Below, piece by piece: positions 10,889 to 18,605 of a stretch of DNA of 64,000 nucleotides. Position 1 is the stretch's first letter, and every line of letters starts with the position of its first letter. The stretch is from a virus (lineage: Duplodnaviria; Caudoviricetes). Made by a program: the position numbers and the translations under genes. The notes beneath the pieces were generated by a model, which saw only the letters and a program-made list of their open reading frames with translations, was not told the DNA's origin and did no database searches. The stretch lies in IMG/VR virus record IMGVR_UViG_3300032038_000025, positions 1 to 64,000 of that record; one strand, 5' to 3'.

Positions 10889-10891
10889 TTT

Positions 10892-11448
10892 GCCGCGATA
10901 TTCTAATTGGTAAGGAGTCGGTCTTGAAATTTAACATTATAGTTTTAAAATAATGTAATGAATGATACTCAATATAAGGGTGCTTTAACATAGCAAAAAT
11001 GTTTTTTAAAGTGTATTGAAATGGGTTTTACAGTTTCTAAACCAATTTTTGATAATGCTAGATATGATTTTATTTTAGATACGGGAAATAATTTATTAAA
11101 AATACAAGTAAAAACTTCTCGTTGGAAAGATGAAGAACATTCTGGTTTTATATTTAATTGTTATAGTCAGCACTCTTTATCAACTGGTAATAAAGTAATG
11201 AAATATACAAAAAAAGAAATTGATTTTTTTATGACCGAACAAGAAGGAATATTTTATTTATATCCTGCTCCAGAATAGGGTTTAAAAGAAAAAACTTTAA
11301 GAATTTTACCTGCAAAATCTGGACAAGTTAAAAATATTTCTTTTGCAAAGGATTATATATTTGAGGAGGTTATAAAAGACTATTAATTGCAATTTCAAAA
11401 CCGATGTTCGTGATGAGCGGATTGGGGGTTCGAGTCCCTCTCGCGGCG
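10892..11448 (+). tRNA. tRNA-Ser(TGA) split in the anticodon loop by an insertion of about 470 nt
   Basis: 5' half GCCGCGA..TCGGT-CTTGAA and 3' half ACCGA..TCGCGGC-G reassemble into a class II cloverleaf. Confidence 0.85.
10958..11386 (+). CDS. PD-(D/E)XK homing endonuclease, I-Ssp6803I-like (2 in-frame TAG)
   Basis: KGALT*Q...KP..D..RYDFILD...KIQVKTS; 142 aa with read-through; lies inside tRNA-Ser. Confidence 0.85.
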
Positions 11449-11452
11449 TTGC

Positions 11453-11524
11453 AGTGCGCTAGTTCAGTGGTGAGAACGGCGGTCTTATAAACCGCTAATA
11501 CGAGTCCGATTCTCGTGCGCACTA
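11453..11524 (+). tRNA. tRNA-Ile(TAT)
   Basis: Cloverleaf; GCGGT-CTTATAA-ACCGC. Confidence 0.8.
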
Positions 11525-11550
11525 TTCAAATTAATGATATGGAGGTTTTT

Positions 11551-12429
11551 ATGACAAATGTAATTGAAGATAAGGATATCAAAAAAATATTAGAATCAGA
11601 CGTTACAGCGGTTAATTCTATAAAAACATATTTACAAGAAATTAGCCAATATAGCCTCCTATCAAAAGAAGAGGAAATTAAATTGGCGAAAGCCGCCGCC
11701 TCAGGTGATCAAAAGGCAAAGAATGATTTAATTAATCATAATCTTCGTTTAGTTGTTCATATAGCTAAACAATATATAGGACATGGTTTATCTTTTTTAG
11801 ATTTGATTCAAGAAGGGAATTTGGGTTTAATTAAGGCCGCAGATAAATATGATGTAACTAGGGGTTTTAAATTTTCTACTTATGCTACCTATTGGATAAA
11901 ACAAACCATATCATATGCGGTTATGAATCAAAGTAGAAATATTAGAACACCTGTTAATATTATTAAATTAATTAGTAATATTAAAAAAGCGCGTCAAGAT
12001 TTTCAAAAAACTTATGGTAAAGAAGCTACAGATCAAGAAATTGCAAAAATTTTAAACATTAGTGTAGATAAGATTAAAGAAACTTCTTTTTGGACAAATG
12101 ATACAATCTCATTAGATACATTAATTAGTGATGATGAAGAAGTTCCCATAGGATTTTTTATAAAAGATAAGTCTGCGGAGGACGCTTTTCTTTCTATTGA
12201 TGAAGAATATCAAAAAGATATAATTAAAACAGTTCTTAATACATTAAATGATAGAGAAAAATTTATTATTATTCAGCGGTTTGGGATAAATCAAGATAGA
12301 GCTAGAACTCTTGAAGAAATTGGCGGCGATCTTGGATTGAGTAGAGAACGAGTTCGTCAGTTAGAGGAAACCGCACTTAAAAAACTTCGAAACCCGCGTC
12401 GAGCAAATATATTAAAAGAATTTTTTTAA
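11551..12429 (+). CDS. RpoD-like sigma70 factor (regions 1.2-4)
   Basis: [55 protein letters not shown]. Confidence 0.95.
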   Translation: MTNVIEDKDIKKILESDVTAVNSIKTYLQEISQYSLLSKEEEIKLAKAAASGDQKAKNDLINHNLRLVVHIAKQYIGHGLSFLDLIQEGNLGLIKAADKYDVTRGFKFSTYATYWIKQTISYAVMNQSRNIRTPVNIIKLISNIKKARQDFQKTYGKEATDQEIAKILNISVDKIKETSFWTNDTISLDTLISDDEEVPIGFFIKDKSAEDAFLSIDEEYQKDIIKTVLNTLNDREKFIIIQRFGINQDRARTLEEIGGDLGLSRERVRQLEETALKKLRNPRRANILKEFF

Positions 12430-12655
12430 ACATTTGGGCAAAGTTTTATAAATAATTTGGTATATTTTTTATTAAGAATAGACCAAAGAAAACTCTTTGA
12501 TTTTTAATAAAATTTTTGATATAATATATATGTAAGGTAGGGGAAGAAGTTTTCAATGGTTTTTAAATTTCTTATAGGGGCGAGTCAAGCGCCGTTCCTA
12601 TAAGAAATAAAAATAATTTGAAATTTTTAAAAATTTTTGATATAATATATATATA

Positions 12656-12804
12656 AAGACAGAAAACAGCAAAAAAATGATACAAAATTAAGTAAATACA
12701 ATTTCTTACAGAAAGTGCTGAAGTTTTTAAGTGGTTTTGATTTTGTTTTTTGGTAAGCCGCCTATCTATAGGTTGTTAGTAAAAAAGAGAAACCTCCTGT
12801 CTTG
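12656..12804 (+). ncRNA. stem-ACAGCAA module 1
   Basis: AAGACAG-AAA-ACAGCAA ... CTGTCTTG terminal stem, right after a promoter. Confidence 0.55.
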
Positions 12805-12886
12805 TGCGAAAGGTCACGCGCCTGACCAAATGCAAATCCGGCGTGCGGTTGAAGTGGGAAGCCCGCTTAAAACAAGCCCACAATAT

Positions 12887-12960
12887 GGGGGCATAGCTCA
12901 GTTGGTGGTAGCGAGTGACTGTTAATCACTAGGTCGAAGGTTCAAGTCCTTCTGTCCCCG
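12887..12960 (+). tRNA. tRNA-Asn(GTT)
   Basis: Cloverleaf. Confidence 0.9.
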
Positions 12961-12966
12961 TTTAAT

Positions 12967-13047
12967 ACTCTGATGGCGTAATTGGCAGCCGCGCTGGTCT
13001 TAGGAACCAGTCCTTTATGGGTGAGGGTTCGAGTCCCTCTCGGAGTA
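12967..13047 (+). tRNA. tRNA-Leu(TAG anticodon)
   Basis: CTGGT-CTTAGGA-ACCAG; variable arm. Confidence 0.9.
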
Positions 13048-13224
13048 CGCAAGTGGGAGTTCTAAGCCACTTTTTAAAAAGAATGAACAGCGTTGTGTTT
13101 TTATAATAGTTTTTCACTCTCGGCCTTAATATGTTAGCAAAAAAAACTATAGAGAGGAAAGACCCTCGTTAGGTGTTCTTTAGTTGCAACCCTCTCGCTT
13201 CCCTAATGCGCATATGGGAAGATT

Positions 13225-13290
13225 TGGAACGAAGTTTTTCAGGCAAAAACACTCGCGGAGAGAATGTGGGTTCAATCCCCACCGTTCCAT
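13225..13290 (+). ncRNA. tRNA-like RNA with truncated anticodon arm
   Basis: Perfect acceptor TGGAACG/CGTTCCA, D and T arms; anticodon arm reduced to CTC-GCG-GAG. Confidence 0.6.
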
Positions 13291-13759
13291 TTTGTCAGAT
13301 AAGACATTAAAATCAGCGTTATCATGGATTAGAGTTAAACTACCACCGACTATGTAATTCGACCCTTTGGGAGTTGTATTAGGTATGTGGCTTTGTGGGA
13401 AACGCTTAATAAAGACGCAAAGTAAACTCATTTTTAATTATCAGTATCTATCGTGCCTCTTAACAATGCGTACCAGGATAGATCAGCTCTTTAATTTATT
13501 ATAATTATGTCAAAATATCGAAGCTAGTTTCTAAACAGCCCTCTTCGAGGCACATAATTATATAATCGGTAGTCAAGCATTAAAAGGCAATAAGAAAATA
13601 AAGCTGGATTACTTAGGGACACCAAGGAGAGACACCTTATAGAGCAGGGGAAAATCCATAAGATACTCTAAAATCATCGTTGCAACCCTAAACAGATGCG
13701 TGTGATTGAAACTGCACACCCGATTATTTACTTTTAAAAAAGAAAGAGAGGGACTTATT

Positions 13760-13939
13760 ATGAAAGATAATAAAACTGTAGTTTATATGGTAACTTATCA
13801 GGATGATAACAAGAAAACTCATCTTACTTTTGTAAAAGGTTTTTCTTCTGTTAGATTTATTAAAAATCGTTTTGAAAATGTACGGTTTGAAGTAACAGAT
13901 AAATATTGTCGAGAAGAAAGAGAAATGTTTGATTTTTAA
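13760..13939 (+). CDS. small hypothetical protein
   Basis: GAGGG RBS before MKDNKTVVY. Confidence 0.6.
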   Translation: MKDNKTVVYMVTYQDDNKKTHLTFVKGFSSVRFIKNRFENVRFEVTDKYCREEREMFDF

Positions 13940-14289
13940 TAAAATTTTTGATATAATATATATATAAGATATATAGCAATGGTGATTGGATTTAATAGTG
14001 TACATAAACATCCAAAGAGTCCACCACACTGCGGCGGTCGGTAGCGAGAGACCATAGCAGACTACCTCGAAGGGGTCATGACCTTCTAATTCAGGCTATA
14101 AATGGACGGAATAGGGAGCCTAGAAAATGGACAAAGCTATATATCAGTACTGATGTTGAATCTCATGGCTAAGCACTGAAGGAATTCCGAGGGATTGGAG
14201 GATGCGGAGGAGTAGGAAAAAGTAGGGTCCTTTGAAGTGCAATCAACAAGGTGGGACAGGTAGAGTGAGAACATTTACCCACATTTTTT

Positions 14290-14361
14290 AGTCTTATAGT
14301 ATAATGGTTAGTACACTAGATTGTCTCTCTAGAGGTCGGGGTTCGATTCCCCGTAGGATTG
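14290..14361 (+). tRNA. tRNA-Asp(GTC)
   Basis: Cloverleaf. Confidence 0.85.
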
Positions 14362-14366
14362 TTTAA

Positions 14367-14438
14367 CGCTCAGTGGTCAAGTGGTTAAGACGCCAGTCTC
14401 TAAAACTGGAAACTCGAGTTCGATCCTCGGATGAGCGA
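14367..14438 (+). tRNA. amber suppressor tRNA (CTA anticodon) with a tRNA-Glu-type body
   Basis: CCAGT-CT-CTA-AA-ACTGG (anticodon 14400-14402); D arm TGGTCAAGTGGTTAAGAC; 4-nt variable loop; C1:G72. Confidence 0.9.
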
Positions 14439-14612
14439 TAGGTCCAGACTAGCTCTAGACGTAAAACTAAATAAGACTTTATTGTAGGCTAGTAGAGATA
14501 AAGTCAAAATTGAGAGTCTCTCACCGCGTCTGTCCCAGCTCGGTATATAAATGCATTGGGATGGGGAGGAAACCCTACTGAAGAAAACCATTTTGAGGTT
14601 TGCGCAGACCTC

Positions 14613-14690
14613 ACTGTATATGTGTTTGCTGGTGCAAACATTACCCTCAGTAAGGGTGAAGATGATAGGTTCGATTCCTGTATATACAGT
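14613..14690 (+). tRNA. atypical tRNA-like RNA, nominal anticodon AGT (Thr)
   Basis: 8-9 bp acceptor, 7 bp D stem with 4-nt loop, 6 bp anticodon stem, normal T arm. Confidence 0.55.
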
Positions 14691-14695
14691 TTTAT

Positions 14696-14769
14696 CGCGG
14701 GGTGGAGCAGTCTGGAAGCTCGTCAGAGTCATGTTCTGAAGGTCGGAGGTTCGAATCCTTCTCCCGCAA
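14696..14769 (+). tRNA. tRNA-Met(CAT), initiator-like body
   Basis: C1xA72 mismatch and CGCGGGGTGGAGCAG 5' end. Confidence 0.85.
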
Positions 14770-14771
14770 TT

Positions 14772-14874
14772 TAGTCACACACAGCAAAATTGTCAAGGTA
14801 GCGAAAAGGTTAACGCATTAGAATTTTAATCTAAGAATTGTTGGTTCAAATCCAACCCATGGTAATGTGACTAG
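14772..14874 (+). ncRNA. stem-ACAGCAA module 2, enclosing a tRNA-Lys(TTT)-like cloverleaf
   Basis: TAGTCACA/TGTGACTA outer stem; inner D arm, TTAGA-ATTTTAA-TCTAA anticodon arm and T arm. Confidence 0.65.
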
Positions 14875-14879
14875 AAAAT

Positions 14880-14951
14880 GCCGTCATAGCGCAATGGTAG
14901 CGCAAGTGTTTTGTAAACACTGGGTTGGGAGTTCGAATCTCTCTGGCGGCT
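14880..14951 (+). tRNA. tRNA-Thr(TGT)
   Basis: Cloverleaf. Confidence 0.9.
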
Positions 14952-14954
14952 TCA

Positions 14955-15026
14955 GCAGGAGTAGTACAGAGGTTAGTGCGCTAGTCTTCCAAACTAGTTA
15001 CGCGGGTTCAATTCCCGTCTCTTGCT
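14955..15026 (+). tRNA. tRNA-Gly(TCC)
   Basis: Cloverleaf. Confidence 0.9.
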
Positions 15027-15032
15027 TTATAT

Positions 15033-15105
15033 GGGGTCATAGCTCAGCTGGGAGAGCACATCCCTTGCAAGGATGAGGTCGAGAGTTCGATTCTCTCTGA
15101 CTCCA
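15033..15105 (+). tRNA. tRNA-Ala(TGC)
   Basis: Cloverleaf; G3:U70. Confidence 0.9.
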
Positions 15106-15139
15106 CTATTGCGATATCTGGATTTATTTAATTTTAACT

Positions 15140-15212
15140 ACTCGATTAACTCAGCTGGGAGAGTGCGACTCTTACAAAGTCGAAGTCGTTGGTTCAAGTC
15201 CAACATCGAGTA
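15140..15212 (+). tRNA. tRNA-Val(TAC)
   Basis: Cloverleaf. Confidence 0.9.
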
Positions 15213-15218
15213 CTGTTT

Positions 15219-15633
15219 GCGGGCGTGGCGTAAGGGCAGCCGCACGGGACTTTTTCCTAACAAACTATAAAGGAGAGCCTTATAGTGGAAACATTATAAG
15301 TGTAGGTGGCTAATTCGGCGAAAGGTTAGGCAACGCCGAGCTAAATTAAAATAATAGTGCCAATGAAGGTTGGTTTGGGAGTTAACCCAAATAAGATGCA
15401 AGACAGGGCGGAGGTCGCGCCTCCATAAAACCTTAGATATAGGCGAGGGACTGACTAAGGGGAAACTATTATTTTATAAATGTGTAGAGACTATATACCA
15501 TCTACCTAAGTCAGAAATGATATGGTAAAGACATAGTCCAGACTACAACGCTAATGGGCGGCTATGGTGACATAGAGTAGTAAGAAAATCCCGGGGACGA
15601 GAGTCCGTGTGAGTTCGAATCTCACCGCCCGCA
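15219..15633 (+). tRNA. tRNA-Leu(TAA) containing a group I intron
   Basis: Exons CGGGA-CTT | AAAA-TCCCG rejoin to give the UAA anticodon. Confidence 0.85.
15253..15584 (+). mobile_element. group I intron without an ORF, after U34 of tRNA-Leu
   Basis: 5' exon ends in U, intron ends in G; core-like GTAGAGACTA and GACATAGTCC segments. Confidence 0.8.
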
Positions 15634-15639
15634 TTTTTT

Positions 15640-15713
15640 GGCTCCATCGTCTAAATGGTAAGGACGCAGCCCTTTCAAGGCTGAAATGTTGGGTTCAAGT
15701 CCCATTGGAGCTG
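15640..15713 (+). tRNA. tRNA-Glu(TTC), second copy
   Basis: CAGCC-CTTTCAA-GGCTG. Confidence 0.9.
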
Positions 15714-15717
15714 CTAT

Positions 15718-15801
15718 GGGTGAGTAGACGACTAAGGAGATTGGCGGGGCTGTAAACCCCGTGGCTTTGGCACCGAGTGGGTTCGATTCCCTCTTCACCC
15801 A
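15718..15801 (+). tRNA. tRNA-Tyr(GTA)
   Basis: Cloverleaf with variable arm. Confidence 0.85.
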
Positions 15802-16032
15802 TTCTCGTAGCCGTATATTTATGGGTAGCTCCCAACGAGAGATATAAATAAATACGGTAAATCTTAATTTATATAACTGATCGACCCAGGCGTAAGGGTA
15901 CAGAATATGACAATATCTATATTGTAAATTCCGCGGTTTAAGTGATGAACGTATGCATTGGTTATAACGCAGCCATTAATAAAAAGAATTGTTCTCAAAG
16001 ATTTAAGAATGAGAATGAAAGGAGATTTTATT

Positions 16033-16329
16033 ATGAAAATTTTATATCAAAGTGACATTACAGGTAAAACTTATGAATCTGAGGCGGCCCTTGTAAAAGC
16101 AGAAGCTGAAATTTCAAAAGCAAAGCAGGAAGAAGAGCTAAAGAAGAAAGAACGCGCAGAAGCGGCAAAGGTAGTTCAAGCTAAACTGGACGCCGCCAAG
16201 AAAGCTCAGAAAGAAGCTCAGGAGAGTCTTGTTGACTTTTGTAAAAAGTATGGAACATTTAAGACCTCTCTTGACAGAAAAAGCGTTTTTGATCCATTCA
16301 GTTTTTTCTTTGATCCATTTGAGTTTTAA
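16033..16329 (+). CDS. hypothetical coiled-coil protein
   Basis: GGAG RBS before MKILYQS. Confidence 0.75.
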   Translation: MKILYQSDITGKTYESEAALVKAEAEISKAKQEEELKKKERAEAAKVVQAKLDAAKKAQKEAQESLVDFCKKYGTFKTSLDRKSVFDPFSFFFDPFEF

Positions 16330-16402
16330 CCCATAAATCACGAAATACTTATCTGATTATTTACAGTTTTCATGGCGTTTTGCGAATGCAAGACGCTTTT
16401 AA

Positions 16403-16473
16403 CGAGAATGTGGTGTAATGGTAGCACGCCAGTTTTGGGAACTGGAGGCGAGGTTCGAATCCTACATTTTCGA
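16403..16473 (+). tRNA. tRNA-Pro(TGG)
   Basis: CCAGT-TTTGGGA-ACTGG. Confidence 0.8.
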
Positions 16474-16582
16474 TTACTTTTTTATTAATTATTACAAAAG
16501 TTTTACATTTTGGTCAAATTTATGTAATATTTCCTTAATATTTTTTATATTTAATATAAGAAATAGTTAAGGAGGAAAAATA

Positions 16583-17458
16583 TTGATTAAAAAATTTATT
16601 GTAGTATTATTATCATGTTTTATTTTATGCGGTTTTGCAAGTCCAATAGAAGCAAGCGAATTAAATTAGAAGAAATCTCTTCCAATTTAGCCCACACTGA
16701 GAACAAATTTTAATCAAAATGCTAATTTAAAGATTAATGATTATAATTTTATTGACACTTTGGAAAAACGTAGTAAAAATAAAAAAAGTGATAATATAAC
16801 CTTTTTACATGCGGTTCCCGTCTTACATGCGGAAATAGTCGAGGTCCCCGCATAGCCAGTAGAAGAATAGGTTTATATAGAATAGGAGCCTATTGTTTAT
16901 GAAGAATAGGTTGCTTATTAGGAAGAACCAGTTTACTATGAATAGGAGCCTACAGTCTATTATTAGGAACCAATTTATTATGAAGAAACTGTAATTCCAG
17001 AAGAAGAAGAATATATAGTATATGAATAGCCACAATACGTTGAAGAAGAAATAACTTATAATTATGAAACAACAGAACAAGTATCTTATGATAATTCTTC
17101 TACCGTTGGTCAATAGATTGTAAATAATGCATTACAATATGTTGGTAATCCTTATGTATATGGCGGAAATAGTTTGACAAATGGAATTGACTGTTCTGGT
17201 TTTACTCAACAAATATTAGCGGCGTCTGGTATTACAATAGACAGAACAGCAGAAAGTCAATCTTATGGTGGAGAATATGTTGATTTAAATAATTTACAAG
17301 CTGGAGATTTATTATTTTATGATAATGGTGATTTTATTGGGCATGTTGCAATCTATTGCGGAGATGGAACAGTTGTACATGCCAGTGATGAAATTACGGG
17401 TATAACTGTTTCTGATGTTAACTACAGAACTCCAGCATTAGCTAAAAGGTACTGGTAA
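16583..17458 (+). CDS. secreted NlpC/P60 (C40) peptidase with E/Y/P-rich linker (11 in-frame TAG)
   Basis: GGAGG RBS and TTG start; signal peptide; GNPYVYGG..GIDCSGF, GHVAIY and HAS motifs. Confidence 0.85.
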
Positions 17459-17472
17459 CAGTACCTAATTAA

Positions 17473-17556
17473 GCGCGTGTCACCTAGCGGCTAGGGTAAC
17501 GGACTTTTAATCCGTCAAGATTCGTCTCATCGTGGGTTCAAATCCCGCCACGCGCA
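17473..17556 (+). tRNA. tRNA-Lys(TTT) with long variable arm
   Basis: ACGGA-CTTTTAA-TCCGT followed by a 16-nt variable region. Confidence 0.8.
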
Positions 17557-17936
17557 TTTTCTGCGGGAAGAACAATATCAAATAATATTGTAGGTATGGT
17601 GAAATGATATATCCGCCTCAAAACAGAAACTGTCTCAGCAGTAATATTATAATACATTAAAACAGTTGAATTGTAAATAATTTTGATTTTGTCGGTTTAT
17701 AATCCAAGACTGAGATATTGGAGTGATCAGCTGCACTTAATAAATAAACGATAAAATTCGTAGATGAAATTATAAACTATATTATTTGAAAAACAAGGGA
17801 ATAGGATGAGGAGCGGCGATGCAGACCACTTAATAATGTCTAGGCATCAAGTAGTTTTAGAATAATATAGTTTATAAGGAAGTCTAAAAAATATTTGATT
17901 TTTAATAAAAATTTTGATATAATATATATATAAAGT

Positions 17937-18054
17937 TAAGACATTTACAGCAAACATTAAAAAAATATTATATTGTCGTGAGTTCAAGTCTCATCTTTTT
18001 CCGAGCGAAAGAGTAGATCAGCTGGTAGATCAAATAATAAATTAAATGTCTTGA
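17937..18054 (+). ncRNA. stem-ACAGCAA module 3 with circularly permuted tRNA domain (YrlA/Y-RNA-like)
   Basis: Order is T arm (17978-17994), loop-closed acceptor (17995-18013), D arm (18016-18031), inside the AAGACATTT/AAATGTCTT stem. Confidence 0.75.
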
Positions 18055-18058
18055 TTAA

Positions 18059-18130
18059 AGCCCCTTCGCCAAGTGGTAAGGCACAGCACTTTGACTGCTG
18101 TATGCGGTGGTTCGAATCCACCAGGGGCTG
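18059..18130 (+). tRNA. tRNA-Gln(TTG)
   Basis: GCCAAGTGGTAAGGC D arm; CT-TTG-AC loop. Confidence 0.9.
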
Positions 18131-18133
18131 TAG

Positions 18134-18205
18134 ACTCCGATAGCATAATGGAGAGAACATGTGACTACGGATCATAAGATGGGGGTTCGACTCCCTCTCG
18201 GAGTA
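18134..18205 (+). tRNA. tRNA-Arg(ACG)
   Basis: Cloverleaf, weak D stem. Confidence 0.75.
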
Positions 18206-18212
18206 TTTATAT

Positions 18213-18343
18213 GGGAGATTAGGCTAATAGGTAAACCGCGTTATGTTAAAACATCGGTTTTGTAAAAACCCGAATCAGCAAATTTAAATGATAAACAGTT
18301 GCTTGGGGCGCACGTATTAGAGGTTCGAGTCCTCTATCTCCTA
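18213..18343 (+). tRNA. tRNA-Pro(GGG) with a 59-nt insertion in the anticodon stem
   Basis: Removing about 18242-18300 restores CGTGC-TTGGGGC-GCACG. Confidence 0.65.
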
Positions 18344-18346
18344 TTA

Positions 18347-18499
18347 AAAATCAACTTATAGTGAGTGAAAGCCTAACGACAGGGGAGGAAAAGGAATCGC
18401 AAGGGTAACATTTTTCTCGTCGGACATTACCCAATCCGAAAAATCGGGTCTTACGCTAGATTGACCGACGCCGCGGAAAGTAGCTATAAGTTGATTTTA
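18347..18499 (+). ncRNA. structured RNA candidate closed by a 15-bp stem
   Basis: AAAATCAACTTATAG ... CTATAAGTTGATTTT with a GC-richer interior. Confidence 0.45.
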
Positions 18500-18527
18500 T
18501 AAAAAATTTTTGTTATAATATAAATAT

Positions 18528-18593
18528 AAGATATAAACAGCAAAAAATATTAATCGCCACATTTCAAGTTTGATTAGCTTACAATATATCTTG
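18528..18593 (+). ncRNA. stem-ACAGCAA module 5
   Basis: AAGATATA-A-ACAGCAA ... TATATCTTG, after a promoter. Confidence 0.55.
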
Positions 18594-18605
18594 TTTAAAA
18601 ATCTT

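Noticed and set aside
12967-13047. tRNA with TAG in the loop as an amber suppressor
   Set aside because: Anticodon UAG reads CUA (Leu); it is an ordinary tRNA-Leu.
14613-14690. tRNA-Sec or opal suppressor
   Set aside because: TCA falls at loop positions 32-34, there is no long variable arm, and TGA is used as a stop in several genes.
12731-18175. Track ORFs at 12731, 13180, 14400, 14551, 14556, 14867, 15073 and 17984
   Set aside because: They overlap tRNAs or structured RNAs and lack RBS or coding-like composition.
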